In this document: in pieces, positions 26,090-36,250 of the stretch
Layout of the letters: every line of letters begins with the position of its first letter
Position numbering within the stretch: the first letter of the stretch is position 1
Sequence record: KY703222
Source: Escherichia phage phiC120
DNA: 64,000 bases
Reading direction: 5' to 3' (one strand)
Program-made: the position numbers and the translations under genes
The notes under the pieces: model-generated
Database searches by the model: none
What the model was told of the DNA's origin: nothing
What the model saw: only the letters and a program-made list of their open reading frames with translations

Positions 26090-26730
26090 TGAATAAACCC
26101 GAGTTACTTATTGAAACTTGGGGTCAACCCGGTGAGATTATTGATGGCGTTCCAATGTTGGAATCTCATGATGGAAAAGATTCTGGCTTAAAACCAGGGC
26201 TTTATATAGAAGGTATTTTTCTTCAGGCAGAGGTTGTTAACCGAAATAAACGTTTATATCCTAAACGCGTTTTGGAAAAAGCAGTAAGTGACTATATTAA
26301 AGAACAAGTCGCAACTAAACAAGCCCTTGGAGAATTAAACCATCCACCTCGCGCAAATGTTGACCCTATGCAAGCCGCTATCATTATTGAAGATATGTGG
26401 TGGAAAGGAAACGATGTATATGGACGCGCTAGAATTATTGAAGGCGACCATGGTCCCGGCGATAAATTAGCTGCTAATATACGAGCTGGTTGGATTCCAG
26501 GTGTTTCCTCTCGTGGTCTTGGTTCTTTAACCGACACCAATAAAGGGTACCGTATCGTGAACGAAGGATTTAAATTAACCGTCGGTGTAGATGCCGTATG
26601 GGGACCTTCTGCTCCAGATGCTTGGGTTACTCCTAAACAAATATCAGAATCAGAAAATTCGGTGGAAATCACCAAAAACAGTGCTGATGAAGCATTTAAA
26701 GCTCTCGCAGAGAGTTTAAAAGCATTATAA
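26089..26730 (+). CDS. 21: prohead core protease gp21
   Basis: 213 aa; synteny. Confidence 0.92.
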   Translation: MNKPELLIETWGQPGEIIDGVPMLESHDGKDSGLKPGLYIEGIFLQAEVVNRNKRLYPKRVLEKAVSDYIKEQVATKQALGELNHPPRANVDPMQAAIIIEDMWWKGNDVYGRARIIEGDHGPGDKLAANIRAGWIPGVSSRGLGSLTDTNKGYRIVNEGFKLTVGVDAVWGPSAPDAWVTPKQISESENSVEITKNSADEAFKALAESLKAL

Positions 26731-26733
26731 ATA
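26726..26733 (+). promoter_or_regulatory. late promoter TATAAATA for gene 22
   Basis: Exact octamer overlapping gene 21 stop, 30 nt upstream of gene 22. Confidence 0.6.
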
Positions 26734-26763
26734 ATAATGTAATCTAAACCACAGGACACTAAA

Positions 26764-27576
26764 ATGATCAAAGAACAACTTTTGAAAGAAGCTCAGAATA
26801 TCGAGACTTCAGTTGCTCTTAATAGTGTTTTCGAATCAGTAGAACTGTCTCCGGACGTTAAAGCTAATTTCAGCACTGTATTCGAAGCCACCGTTAAGCA
26901 GGAAGCAGTCAAACTAGCTGAATCTCATATCAAAGCTATCGCCGAAAAAGCCGAAGAAGAAGTTGAAAAGGCTAAAGAAGATGCTGAAGAGAAAGCTGAT
27001 AAAAAATTGGCTGAACAAGCTTCTAAATTCCTGGACCATCTTGCAAAAGAATGGCTCGCAGAAAACCAAATCGCAGTTGATAAAGGCATTAAAGCTGATT
27101 TGTTTGAATCCATGCTTGGTGGTCTGAAAGAACTGTTTGTTGAACATAACGTTGTTGTTCCAGAAGAATCTGTAGATGTTGTAGCAGAAATGGAAGAAGA
27201 GCTGGCCGAACATAAAGAAGAAACCGCTCGTTTGTTCGAAGAAGTTACCAAACGTGATGCATATATCAATTACGTTCAGCGTGAAACCGCTATTAATGAA
27301 AGCGTAAAAGACCTGACTGAATCTCAGAAAGAAAAAGTTATTGGCCTGGTTGAAGGTATGGATTATTCTGACGCATTTGGTACTAAGTTAACTGCTATTG
27401 TAGAAATGGTTAAAGGTTCTACTAAAGAAGAAGCCGCTATTACCGAAAGTATAAATACAGTTGACAATGACGCTGCCGGTCTTAATTTTGTTGCCGAAGC
27501 AGTTGACACTACCACAACTCAGGTAGAACAGAATTCTAATGTAAGTTTATATGCGAAAGTCGCATCTCGTTTCTAA
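26764..27576 (+). CDS. 22: prohead core scaffold protein gp22
   Basis: 270 aa, acidic, coiled-coil-rich. Confidence 0.9.
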   Translation: MIKEQLLKEAQNIETSVALNSVFESVELSPDVKANFSTVFEATVKQEAVKLAESHIKAIAEKAEEEVEKAKEDAEEKADKKLAEQASKFLDHLAKEWLAENQIAVDKGIKADLFESMLGGLKELFVEHNVVVPEESVDVVAEMEEELAEHKEETARLFEEVTKRDAYINYVQRETAINESVKDLTESQKEKVIGLVEGMDYSDAFGTKLTAIVEMVKGSTKEEAAITESINTVDNDAAGLNFVAEAVDTTTTQVEQNSNVSLYAKVASRF

Positions 27577-27593
27577 TTTAAAGGTTAACACAA

Positions 27594-29162
27594 ATGACTA
27601 CTATCAAAACTAAAGCTCAGCTCGTAGACAAATGGAAAGAACTGCTGGAAGGTGAAGGCCTGCCGGAAATCGCTAATAGCAAGCAGGCTATTATCGCTAA
27701 AATCTTCGAAAACCAGGAAAAAGATTTCGAAGTATCCCCTGAATATAAAGACGAGAAAATCGCTCAGGCATTTGGTTCTTTCTTGACCGAAGCTGAAATT
27801 GGTGGTGACCATGGTTATAATGCTCAGAACATCGCAGCGGGTCAAACCTCTGGTGCAGTAACCCAAATTGGGCCGGCAGTTATGGGTATGGTTCGTCGTG
27901 CTATTCCTAATCTGATCGCTTTTGATATTTGTGGTGTTCAGCCTATGAACAGCCCGACCGGTCAGGTATTTGCTCTCCGTGCAGTATATGGTAAAGACCC
28001 TATCGCTGCTGGCGCTAAAGAAGCTTTCCACCCGATGTATGCCCCAGACGCGATGTTCTCTGGTCAGGGTGCTGCTAAGAAATTCCCAGCTCTGGCTGCT
28101 GACACTACTACTGTTGTAGGTGATATCTATACTCACTTCTTCCAAGAAACTGGTACTGTATATCTGCAAGCTTCTGCTGTCGTAACACTTGATTCTGGTG
28201 CAACTGATGCAGCTAAATTAGATGCAGAAGTTAAGAAACAAATGGAAGCTGGTGCACTGGTAGAAATCGCTGAAGGTATGGCTACTTCTATCGCTGAACT
28301 CCAGGAAGGTTTCAACGGTTCTACCGATAACCCATGGAATGAAATGGGCTTCCGTATCGATAAACAAGTTATCGAAGCTAAATCTCGCCAGCTGAAAGCT
28401 GCTTACTCTATCGAATTAGCACAAGACCTCCGTGCAGTACACGGTATGGATGCTGATGCTGAACTGAGTGGTATTCTGGCTACAGAAATTATGCTAGAAA
28501 TCAACCGTGAAGTTGTTGATTGGATTAACTACTCGGCACAGGTCGGTAAATCTGGTATGACCCTGACTCCTGGTTCTAAAGCTGGTGTATTTGACTTCCA
28601 GGACCCGATTGATATCCGTGGTGCTCGTTGGGCCGGTGAAAGCTTTAAATCTCTGTTGTTCCAGATTGATAAAGAAGCAGTTGAAATTGCTCGTCAAACC
28701 GGTCGTGGTGAAGGTAACTTCATTATCGCTTCCCGTAACGTAGTTAACGTACTGGCTTCAGTTGATACTGGTATTTCTTACGCTGCACAGGGTCTGGCTT
28801 CCGGTTTTAATACTGACACTACTAAGTCTGTATTTGCCGGTGTACTTGGTGGTAAATACCGCGTATACATCGACCAGTATGCTAAACAGGATTACTTCAC
28901 CGTTGGTTACAAAGGCGCTAACGAAATGGATGCAGGTATTTACTATGCTCCTTACGTTGCACTTACCCCACTGCGTGGTTCCGATCCTAAGAACTTCCAG
29001 CCGGTAATGGGCTTTAAAACTCGTTACGGTATCGGTGTTAACCCATTTGCTGAAAGTTCCCTGCAGGCTCCAGGTGCTCGCATCCAGTCCGGTATGCCGT
29101 CTATCCTGAACAGCCTTGGTAAGAACGCTTACTTCCGCCGTGTATATGTAAAAGGCATCTAA
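27594..29162 (+). CDS. 23: major capsid protein gp23
   Basis: 522 aa; synteny. Confidence 0.96.
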   Translation: MTTIKTKAQLVDKWKELLEGEGLPEIANSKQAIIAKIFENQEKDFEVSPEYKDEKIAQAFGSFLTEAEIGGDHGYNAQNIAAGQTSGAVTQIGPAVMGMVRRAIPNLIAFDICGVQPMNSPTGQVFALRAVYGKDPIAAGAKEAFHPMYAPDAMFSGQGAAKKFPALAADTTTVVGDIYTHFFQETGTVYLQASAVVTLDSGATDAAKLDAEVKKQMEAGALVEIAEGMATSIAELQEGFNGSTDNPWNEMGFRIDKQVIEAKSRQLKAAYSIELAQDLRAVHGMDADAELSGILATEIMLEINREVVDWINYSAQVGKSGMTLTPGSKAGVFDFQDPIDIRGARWAGESFKSLLFQIDKEAVEIARQTGRGEGNFIIASRNVVNVLASVDTGISYAAQGLASGFNTDTTKSVFAGVLGGKYRVYIDQYAKQDYFTVGYKGANEMDAGIYYAPYVALTPLRGSDPKNFQPVMGFKTRYGIGVNPFAESSLQAPGARIQSGMPSILNSLGKNAYFRRVYVKGI

Positions 29163-29186
29163 TCTTAATTGATTAAATCTTATTTT

Positions 29187-29204
29187 GGGAGACTTCGGTC
29201 TCCC
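29187..29204 (+). terminator. rho-independent terminator GGGAGAC-TTCG-GTCTCCC plus T-run after gene 23
   Basis: Perfect hairpin followed by ATTTTT; identical to the hairpin at 9840. Confidence 0.75.
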
Positions 29205-29214
29205 ATTTTTGGTT

Positions 29215-29484
29215 TTATTTCTGTGCAATTTCGATGTAAGTTTTCAAAATATTTTGCCAATTAGGCATACCTTCTTGGACATATGCTGGAGAACCGTCTT
29301 TGTTTTTGAATGATGCAAGTTTATCAGTGGCCCAATAACCTTTAGCTCGAGCTTCAGAATCAACTTTAATCCATACTTTGTTGAAGGCATTACCATTAAC
29401 TTTTGCACCATATTTTTCTACTAACTTAACCGCTTCAGCTTCCAGAACTTTTAAAGTATCTCGTAAGAAACGTGCTTTAGTCAT
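29215..29484 (-). CDS. hypothetical early protein (89 aa), opposite strand between genes 23 and 24
   Basis: ORF with GAGGAG SD and its own early-type promoter; no motif recognised. Confidence 0.6.
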   Translation of the reverse strand: MTKARFLRDTLKVLEAEAVKLVEKYGAKVNGNAFNKVWIKVDSEARAKGYWATDKLASFKNKDGSPAYVQEGMPNWQNILKTYIEIAQK

Positions 29485-29514
29485 TTTGTTTACTCCTCTG
29501 TAGTTGATAAGTCT

Positions 29515-29544
29515 ATAGTATCACATACCAAATACGTTGTAAAC
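29515..29544 (-). promoter_or_regulatory. early promoter GTTTACA-N17-TACTAT
   Basis: Minus-strand GTTTACA, 17-nt spacer with TGTGA, TACTAT -10; upstream of the 89-aa ORF. Confidence 0.55.
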
Positions 29545-29550
29545 AATCTT

Positions 29551-29558
29551 TATAAATA
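29551..29558 (+). promoter_or_regulatory. late promoter TATAAATA for gene 24
   Basis: Exact octamer 27 nt upstream of gene 24 ATG. Confidence 0.65.
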
Positions 29559-29584
29559 ATCTATATCACATAAGGAAAAATGCA

Positions 29585-30865
29585 ATGAGTAAAATCCAAA
29601 AATTATTGCGTGAATCTACAACGTCTACTAGCAACTCAATCGGTCGCCCAAATCTCGTTGCTTTGACTCGCGCTACGACTAAATTAATATATTCTGACAT
29701 TGTAGCAACACAAAGAACTAATCAACCTGTTGCTGCTTTTTATGGTATTAAATATCTTAACCCAGACAACGAATTAACATTTAAAACTGGTGCTACTTAT
29801 GCAGGTGAAGCTGGATATGTAGACCGAGAAAAAATTACCGAGCTCACAGAAGAATCAAAAGTCACACTAAATAAAGGCGATTTTTTCAAATATAATAATA
29901 TCGTCTATAAAGTGCTAGAAGATACACCATTTGCAGATATTCAAGAAAGTGATCTAGAATTAGCTCTTCAGATTGCAGTTGTTCATTTAAAGGTACGGTT
30001 ATTTTCAGATGCAGCTGTGACAAGCAAATTTGAAAGCTCTAGTAGCGAAATTTCTGATGCAAGATTCCAAATTAATAAATGGCAAACTTCAGTCAAATCT
30101 CGTAAACTTAAAACCGGTCTCACGGTTGAATTAGCGCAAGATTTAGAAGCGAATGGATTTGATGCCCCTAACTTCTTAGAAGATTTGCTTGCTACTGAAA
30201 TGGCTGATGAAATTAATAAAGATATTCTTCAGTCTTTAATTACTGTATCGAAACGTTATAAAGTTACTGGAATTACTGACACCGGATTTATTGACTTGAG
30301 CTATGCGTCTGCTCCGGAAGCAGGTCGTTCGTTATATCGAATGGTGTGTGAAATGGTATCACACATTCAAAAAGAGTCAACTTATACTGCGACGTTTTGT
30401 GTAGCTTCAGCTCGTGCAGCTGCTATTCTTGCTGCTTCCGGTTGGTTAAAACATAAGCCAGAAGATGACAAGTATCTTTCACAAAATGCTTACGGGTTCT
30501 TAGCTAATGGTTTACCGCTTTATTGCGATACTAACAGCCCATTAGATTATGTGATCGTTGGCGTAGTAGAAAATATCGGTGAAAAAGAAATTGTTGGATC
30601 AATTTTCTATGCTCCGTATACAGAAGGTCTCGACTTAGATGACCCTGAACATGTTGGTGCATTTAAAGTTGTAGTTGATCCAGAAAGCTTGCAACCGTCT
30701 ATTGGTTTATTGGTTAGATATGCTTTATCTGCGAATCCTTACACAGTAGCAAAAGATGAAAAAGAAGCGAGAATAATTGATGGCGGGGACATGGATAAAA
30801 TGGCAGGACGTTCGGACTTGTCTGTTTTACTTGGTGTTAAATTGCCTAAAATTATTATAGATTAA
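29585..30865 (+). CDS. 24: head vertex protein gp24
   Basis: 426 aa; paralog-like similarity to gp23; synteny. Confidence 0.93.
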   Translation: MSKIQKLLRESTTSTSNSIGRPNLVALTRATTKLIYSDIVATQRTNQPVAAFYGIKYLNPDNELTFKTGATYAGEAGYVDREKITELTEESKVTLNKGDFFKYNNIVYKVLEDTPFADIQESDLELALQIAVVHLKVRLFSDAAVTSKFESSSSEISDARFQINKWQTSVKSRKLKTGLTVELAQDLEANGFDAPNFLEDLLATEMADEINKDILQSLITVSKRYKVTGITDTGFIDLSYASAPEAGRSLYRMVCEMVSHIQKESTYTATFCVASARAAAILAASGWLKHKPEDDKYLSQNAYGFLANGLPLYCDTNSPLDYVIVGVVENIGEKEIVGSIFYAPYTEGLDLDDPEHVGAFKVVVDPESLQPSIGLLVRYALSANPYTVAKDEKEARIIDGGDMDKMAGRSDLSVLLGVKLPKIIID

Positions 30866-30870
30866 TAAAA

Positions 30871-30887
30871 AGGGACCTTACGGTCCC
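30871..30887. terminator. bidirectional hairpin AGGGACC-TTAC-GGTCCCT with flanking A/T runs
   Basis: Between convergent gene 24 (+) and rnlB (-); A-run upstream and T-run downstream. Confidence 0.65.
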
Positions 30888-30895
30888 TTTTTTCG

Positions 30896-31903
30896 TTATG
30901 ATACTAATTCAATCCATGCAGGACGCAGAACATCTTGCACCATTCGGACTAATTCTTTCTTAACAAGATTCGGATTATCAGATGATGTTAATACAATACC
31001 TTCACGAGAAGTTTCTTCAAGAATATCTTGAACAGTCAATCCCATCACTTTGCCAAAATCTTTCGGAGTTACAGTCCCAATCTTAGAAATCACATTGTTA
31101 ACACGATTTAGTGTAACATAACAAGCTAGAACATCAAGCAAGTTTTTGTCAATTTCAGTTAATGGAACCTGAGTTTTAATAGGCTTATCAGACTTTTTCT
31201 TTTCACTGAATTTAGAGTTCTTGCACTTAATCGCTACACGAGTACCGTTTGGCAGCCATTTAGGGAAACAAGGCTTCAGAACATAACCTTCTGCCGTATT
31301 ATCGCCAATAACATTAGCATCAAATACGCAATTATTTGCTTCGACAAGGTCTTCTGACGCAGTAGCGTTATAAGCGGCTAAGACGGAATCAAGGTCGTTT
31401 GGAATCATGATAAGAGCATCAAATGTTCCACGTCCAAGCATTGGTGCCATTTTAAAACCAAACGTATTACAGAAATCTTGCATTTCGTAATCACTCATGT
31501 AATAAGTATCACCGCTTTCAGTGTTTATGATGATATCGAATACATAGAAATCTTTTTCACCGTAGTCAACACCTTTCTGAATTCCACCACCAGCGAATTC
31601 ACCAAAGACTTGATATGTCACCGGCACTGAAGTTGAAATACTGCCCATGACTTCCTGAACGGCTTTAATAGCTTTATCATACTTCTTGAGTACGATTTCG
31701 TAACCGTAAAAATCTTCTGCTGGAAGAATAGGGCCTGTGCGCTTGGCGCATGTGACGTTGTCACGTTCAATTATTAACGAGAAGTTAGTCCCATGGATTT
31801 TCTCACGTGCTACCCAAACGCCAGTAGTCAAACCATTAGTGTAGAGTTTTTCAATAAACTTAGAGTTGTAGTGGTTTTCAAGACTGCTGTATTTCTTAAA
31901 CAT
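30896..31903 (-). CDS. rnlB: RNA ligase 2 RnlB
   Basis: 335 aa; nucleotidyltransferase motif I KIHGTN; strong match to recalled T4 Rnl2. Confidence 0.92.
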   Translation of the reverse strand: MFKKYSSLENHYNSKFIEKLYTNGLTTGVWVAREKIHGTNFSLIIERDNVTCAKRTGPILPAEDFYGYEIVLKKYDKAIKAVQEVMGSISTSVPVTYQVFGEFAGGGIQKGVDYGEKDFYVFDIIINTESGDTYYMSDYEMQDFCNTFGFKMAPMLGRGTFDALIMIPNDLDSVLAAYNATASEDLVEANNCVFDANVIGDNTAEGYVLKPCFPKWLPNGTRVAIKCKNSKFSEKKKSDKPIKTQVPLTEIDKNLLDVLACYVTLNRVNNVISKIGTVTPKDFGKVMGLTVQDILEETSREGIVLTSSDNPNLVKKELVRMVQDVLRPAWIELVS

Positions 31904-31994
31904 AAATCACCATTATAAATAATAATATCAAAATAATTAGCAGAGACTCTATCTCCGACCCGATATTTAATTTGAATGGATAGAACCTAGATTC

Positions 31995-32020
31995 ATTATA
32001 CCATCAAAAAATGTAAAGCA
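31995..32020 (-). promoter_or_regulatory. candidate MotA-dependent middle promoter
   Basis: Minus-strand ATGCTTTACA (MotA box TGCTTTA) then 13 nt then TATAAT, upstream of rnlB. Confidence 0.4.
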
Positions 32021-32022
32021 TA

Positions 32023-32274
32023 TTAGAACTTAATTTCTATCCAATGTCCATCACGTTGGTCGTGATTAATTTTATACTGAAAGCCGTTATCACGAAGCCA
32101 TTGACCGACTTGTTCAGTTATAGTTAAATCATTCTTTGACGGATAGTACGTGAATTGTGTCTGGCCTTTGTCAGCGGCTTTCTCTGCCATCACAGAGAAG
32201 TTAGTAATAAAATCACTCAACAAATTGGCTTTAGTGGCCAGGGCCCTTTCTCTTAATTCCTGTGCAAAACTCAT
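32023..32274 (-). CDS. hypothetical protein (T4 24.2-like position)
   Basis: 83 aa ORF between rnlB and hoc. Confidence 0.6.
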   Translation of the reverse strand: MSFAQELRERALATKANLLSDFITNFSVMAEKAADKGQTQFTYYPSKNDLTITEQVGQWLRDNGFQYKINHDQRDGHWIEIKF

Positions 32275-32471
32275 TTCTTCACCTTTTTGTTAATCAAACG
32301 TTTACGGTATACAACTTTTTCTTTTGCTTTAAACTTTGACCGAGCTGTCTCGGCTTTAGTCCATAGTAATCCAACTTCTTTAGGTTGTAAACCGATTTTT
32401 TGAGCAATTTCTACGAATGAAAATCCCGCCTCATGTAATGTATAAACTTCAACTTCAGCTCTCATAATCAA
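32271..32471 (-). CDS. hypothetical small basic protein with HTH-like segment (T4 24.3-like position)
   Basis: 66 aa; helix-turn-helix-like GFSFVEIAQKIGLQPKEV and Lys-rich tail. Confidence 0.6.
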   Translation of the reverse strand: MIMRAEVEVYTLHEAGFSFVEIAQKIGLQPKEVGLLWTKAETARSKFKAKEKVVYRKRLINKKVKK

Positions 32472-32546
32472 TCCAGTGTTATTTGGTTTGTGCCATTATA
32501 TACATCAATCTCAAGTTGTGTTTTATATGCTTTAAAAACGAAGAAA

Positions 32547-32560
32547 GGGGCCGAAGCCCC
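32547..32560 (-). terminator. hairpin GGGGC-TTCG-GCCCC (minus strand) after hoc
   Basis: 5-bp GC stem with UUCG loop just downstream of hoc stop on the minus strand. Confidence 0.55.
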
Positions 32561-32566
32561 TTACGA

Positions 32567-33982
32567 TTATGGATATGTATAGATGATACCGGTTTCCAAA
32601 GCAGTTTTATGGATGACGTATCCATTACGTGATTCTTGAACATCAACTTCCGGATAGTCTTTCATCATCTTCTGAAGAGTGTAACGATGCAGGTAGTATT
32701 TACTATCTGGATCTTCAGTTTTCCAATCTTTACCTTCTTCAGTCATTTTTTGTATTTCATCCATAACCCACCAACCGCACCAGATGTAAGCTGAAGTACG
32801 ATGTGGAAGAGGATGAACATAAGGTAGTTCACCTTCTGGTTCAATTGGAGTCCGTTCAGCAATAACAACTTCAGCGGTTGAACTAATTGTCTTTGAAGTA
32901 TAGTTATCTTTAGTTAATACTGCTTCAACTTTAATTGTATGAGTACCAGCTGAGGAGGTATCAATACTGTAAGTATTAGTAGAATTACTTTCTGCTACGT
33001 TGTCTTTCTTCCAAGAATACACAATATTAGTATCACCTGGAGCACCAGTAACAGATGCTGTTAAAGTTGCAGTTCCACCAACAGTAGTATTAACTGATGG
33101 GGGAGATAAAGAAATGGTGGCACTATTAAATGTAGCATTATTAGTTACTACTGTTGCTTCTGCTGAAATTTCTTTTGTAACATAATTTGATGCAGAAACA
33201 GATACGGTGCATTTAAGAGTTTTACTTCCGACCTCGGTTGGAGTGAATTTATACGTAGCAGAAGTTGCATCTGGAATATTACTGTCATCCATTGACCACT
33301 GGAATGATGTAGTAGCACCTGAAGGTGCACCAGAGACATTTGCAGTTAAAGTAATAGGAACACCAAAGACTGTAGTCGGAGACTCAGGCGTAATTTTTAG
33401 TGTTGAAGAATTAGCCTTTTTATTTACAGTCAAAGAAACCGCTGATGATTCTACTGTTTTATCAACGTAATCAGTTGCAGTCACTGTGACGGAGCAAGTT
33501 ATAGACTTAGTTCCTTCAGATGTTGGCGTATATTCAAAGGTTGATTGCTTTTGACCATCAACAGCAACCCCGTCAACTTTCCATGTATAAGCAATAGCAG
33601 CACCACTAGGTTGATTGCTTACATTAGCAGTGAATGTTGTTGCTGTTCCAATTTCTACCGCCGCCGGAGAAGCCGGAGTAACAGCGACGGTAGAATTATT
33701 TTCTTTCTTATTAACAGTGATAGTTGTTGACGCTTCAGCTATTTCCGGATCTCCTGCGGAAAGTGTATTAGTTGCAACCACTTTAATTTTTTTTGTTCCT
33801 GCTGGAGAAGCAAGAGTATAATCCATTGTAGCAGCCGTAGACTCCTGTGCTATATCATCTACAGTCCAGACGTATGTAATAGTACCATCTGGAGTTTCAC
33901 CTGCAGGTGTAGCAGTGAATGTTTGTGAACCTCCAATAACCCCTGTAGGAGTTAAAGGAGATAACGTGACAGTGAATGTCAT
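32567..33982 (-). CDS. hoc: highly immunogenic outer capsid protein Hoc with four tandem Ig-like domains
   Basis: 471 aa; C-terminal capsid-binding region matches recalled T4 Hoc; N-terminus holds four ~93-aa Ig-like repeats. Confidence 0.9.
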   Translation of the reverse strand: MTFTVTLSPLTPTGVIGGSQTFTATPAGETPDGTITYVWTVDDIAQESTAATMDYTLASPAGTKKIKVVATNTLSAGDPEIAEASTTITVNKKENNSTVAVTPASPAAVEIGTATTFTANVSNQPSGAAIAYTWKVDGVAVDGQKQSTFEYTPTSEGTKSITCSVTVTATDYVDKTVESSAVSLTVNKKANSSTLKITPESPTTVFGVPITLTANVSGAPSGATTSFQWSMDDSNIPDATSATYKFTPTEVGSKTLKCTVSVSASNYVTKEISAEATVVTNNATFNSATISLSPPSVNTTVGGTATLTASVTGAPGDTNIVYSWKKDNVAESNSTNTYSIDTSSAGTHTIKVEAVLTKDNYTSKTISSTAEVVIAERTPIEPEGELPYVHPLPHRTSAYIWCGWWVMDEIQKMTEEGKDWKTEDPDSKYYLHRYTLQKMMKDYPEVDVQESRNGYVIHKTALETGIIYTYP

Positions 33983-33991
33983 AAGTTATCC

Positions 33992-34660
33992 TTATTTTAA
34001 TGTTATGAAAGAAGAATTACGAGTTTCACGAATTAGAACTGATCCATCGCGATTAATATAATAAATTAAGCTAAATAATGTTTGGTGAGCAGAAGCATGC
34101 ACAAAACTCGTTGGGCGAGATTTCCAATCAGGTGTTTCGGCTATCCATTGATAAATCCACCAAGGAACAGTAACATATCCTGGGCCTTTGCCTAATTTAA
34201 CGAGTGTAGGACTAAAATTTTCAGGCAGAACAAATTTTACTTCTTTATTTACCTCTGTCTCAGGCTCTTTTTCAGATTCAACAACCTGAGTAATTGCTTC
34301 TTCAAATTTATCATGGTCGAATTCTTTTTCTTGTTCGACAACTTCTAATACTTCAACTTGTTCTGTTGGAGAATCAAACAACAGAATAGCTTCTTCTTTA
34401 ACCTCTTCGTTGGTGAAATTAACACCGTCCACATCATCTGCTGCAGTAATTAAATCGGTGATAGATAATCCATCAGTTTCAGGTAATGGTTCATCAGCCA
34501 GTGCGTTAAGAGCTTCTTCGATATCAATAACAATATTATCGAATGATTTTGTTTTCTTAACACTAATGCCAAATTGTTTCGCATATTCGAACAGTTTAGC
34601 TTTGGCTTCCTTTTTATCAGAAAGAGCACGTAACTCTTCAATATAGTCTTTATCGATCAT
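33992..34660 (-). CDS. inh: inhibitor of prohead protease Inh
   Basis: 222 aa; position and recalled similarity to T4 Inh. Confidence 0.8.
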   Translation of the reverse strand: MIDKDYIEELRALSDKKEAKAKLFEYAKQFGISVKKTKSFDNIVIDIEEALNALADEPLPETDGLSITDLITAADDVDGVNFTNEEVKEEAILLFDSPTEQVEVLEVVEQEKEFDHDKFEEAITQVVESEKEPETEVNKEVKFVLPENFSPTLVKLGKGPGYVTVPWWIYQWIAETPDWKSRPTSFVHASAHQTLFSLIYYINRDGSVLIRETRNSSFITLK

Positions 34661-34710
34661 GGTATTTCCTCATTATAAATATAACTATATTTATTACATG
34701 GTAATTTGAC

Positions 34711-36225
34711 ATGACTGACATTAAAGTACATTTTTATGATTTTAGTCACGTTCGCATTGAATGCGACGAAAGTACGTTTTACGAACTTCGTGACTTTTTT
34801 AGCTTTGAAGCCGACGGGTATAAATTTAACCCAAAATATCGCTATGGGCAATGGGATGGTAGAATTAGACTTTTAGATTACAATCGTTTGTTACCATATG
34901 GACTTGTAGGTCAAATAAAAAAGTTCTGTATCAATATGAGTTATTCTGTATGGATTGACCCTAAAATCTTTGAGACTGAAGACCTTACCAGGGAAGATTT
35001 TGACGCATGGCTTTCTAAACAAGAAATTTATTCGGGCAACACCAAAATCGAACCACATTGGTATCAAAAAGATGCAGTATATGAAGGACTAGTTAATCGT
35101 CGTCGAATTTTAAACCTTCCGACATCAGCAGGTAAATCACTAATCCAAGCACTTTTAGCTCGGTATTATCTAGAGAACTATGAAGGTAAAATTCTCATTA
35201 TCGTCCCTACAACAGCATTGACAACCCAAATGGCTAATGATTTTGTTGATTATCGCTTGTTTAGTCATTCGATGATTAAGAAAATTGGTGGTGGTGCTGA
35301 TAAAGCAGACAAATCTAAAAACGACGCTCCAATTATTGTTGGCACATGGCAAACGGTAGTTAAGCAGCCTAAAGAATGGTTCTCTCAGTTCGGTATGATG
35401 ATGAACGATGAATGCCACTTAGCAACAGGCAAAAGTATTTCTTCAATCATCTCAGGATTAAATAATTGCATGTTTAAATTCGGTTTATCTGGCTCATTAA
35501 GAGACGGAAAAGCCAATGTAATGCAGTACGTAGGTATGTTCGGCGAAATCTTCCGTCCTGTTAGCACGTCTAAATTAATGGAAGACGGACAGGTAACTGA
35601 GCTTAAGATTAATAGTATTTTCCTTCGTTATCCAGACGAATTCGCCACCAAATTAAAAGGTAAAACATACCAAGAAGAAGTTAAAATTATTACCGGACTA
35701 AAACGTCGTACAAAGTGGATTGCTCAACTTTCAGTCAAATTGGCTAAGAAAGACGAGAACGCCTTTGTAATGTTTAAACACGTTACACACGGTAAAGAAA
35801 TATTTGAAGCTATTAAAGAGCTTGGATACGAAAAAGTTTATTACGTATCAGGTGAAGTTGATACTGAAACACGTAACGCGCTTAAAGTCATGGCAGAAAA
35901 TGGTAAAGGCATCATTATTGTCGCATCATATGGAGTATTCTCTACCGGTATTTCAGTCAAGAATCTTCATCATGTTATTTTTGCCCATGGTGTTAAATCA
36001 AAAATTATCGTACTTCAAACAGTAGGTCGTGTGCTTCGTAAGCATGGTTCTAAAGCTGTTGCTACAGTTTGGGATCTCATCGATGACGCAGGTGTAAAAC
36101 CTAAATCATTAAATACTAAAAAGAAGTATACTCATCTTAATTACTTGTTAAAACACGGTATTGATCGTATCCAACGTTACGCTGATGAGAAATTTAACTA
36201 TGTAATGAAAACAATTAATTTATAA
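34711..36225 (+). CDS. uvsW: UvsW RNA-DNA and DNA-DNA helicase
   Basis: 504 aa; SF2 helicase motifs (PTSAGKS Walker A, DECH box). Confidence 0.92.
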   Translation: MTDIKVHFYDFSHVRIECDESTFYELRDFFSFEADGYKFNPKYRYGQWDGRIRLLDYNRLLPYGLVGQIKKFCINMSYSVWIDPKIFETEDLTREDFDAWLSKQEIYSGNTKIEPHWYQKDAVYEGLVNRRRILNLPTSAGKSLIQALLARYYLENYEGKILIIVPTTALTTQMANDFVDYRLFSHSMIKKIGGGADKADKSKNDAPIIVGTWQTVVKQPKEWFSQFGMMMNDECHLATGKSISSIISGLNNCMFKFGLSGSLRDGKANVMQYVGMFGEIFRPVSTSKLMEDGQVTELKINSIFLRYPDEFATKLKGKTYQEEVKIITGLKRRTKWIAQLSVKLAKKDENAFVMFKHVTHGKEIFEAIKELGYEKVYYVSGEVDTETRNALKVMAENGKGIIIVASYGVFSTGISVKNLHHVIFAHGVKSKIIVLQTVGRVLRKHGSKAVATVWDLIDDAGVKPKSLNTKKKYTHLNYLLKHGIDRIQRYADEKFNYVMKTINL

Positions 36226-36240
36226 GGGCTTCGGCCCTTA
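36225..36240 (+). terminator. hairpin AAGGGC-TTCG-GCCCTT after uvsW
   Basis: 6-bp stem with UUCG loop at uvsW stop. Confidence 0.5.
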
Positions 36241-36250
36241 GGAGATAAAA

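Noticed and set aside
26914-27269. Two minus-strand ORFs (99 and 114 aa) inside gene 22
   Set aside because: Antisense to the scaffold gene with low-complexity translations (Ser/Phe-rich); artefact of the repetitive acidic coding sequence.
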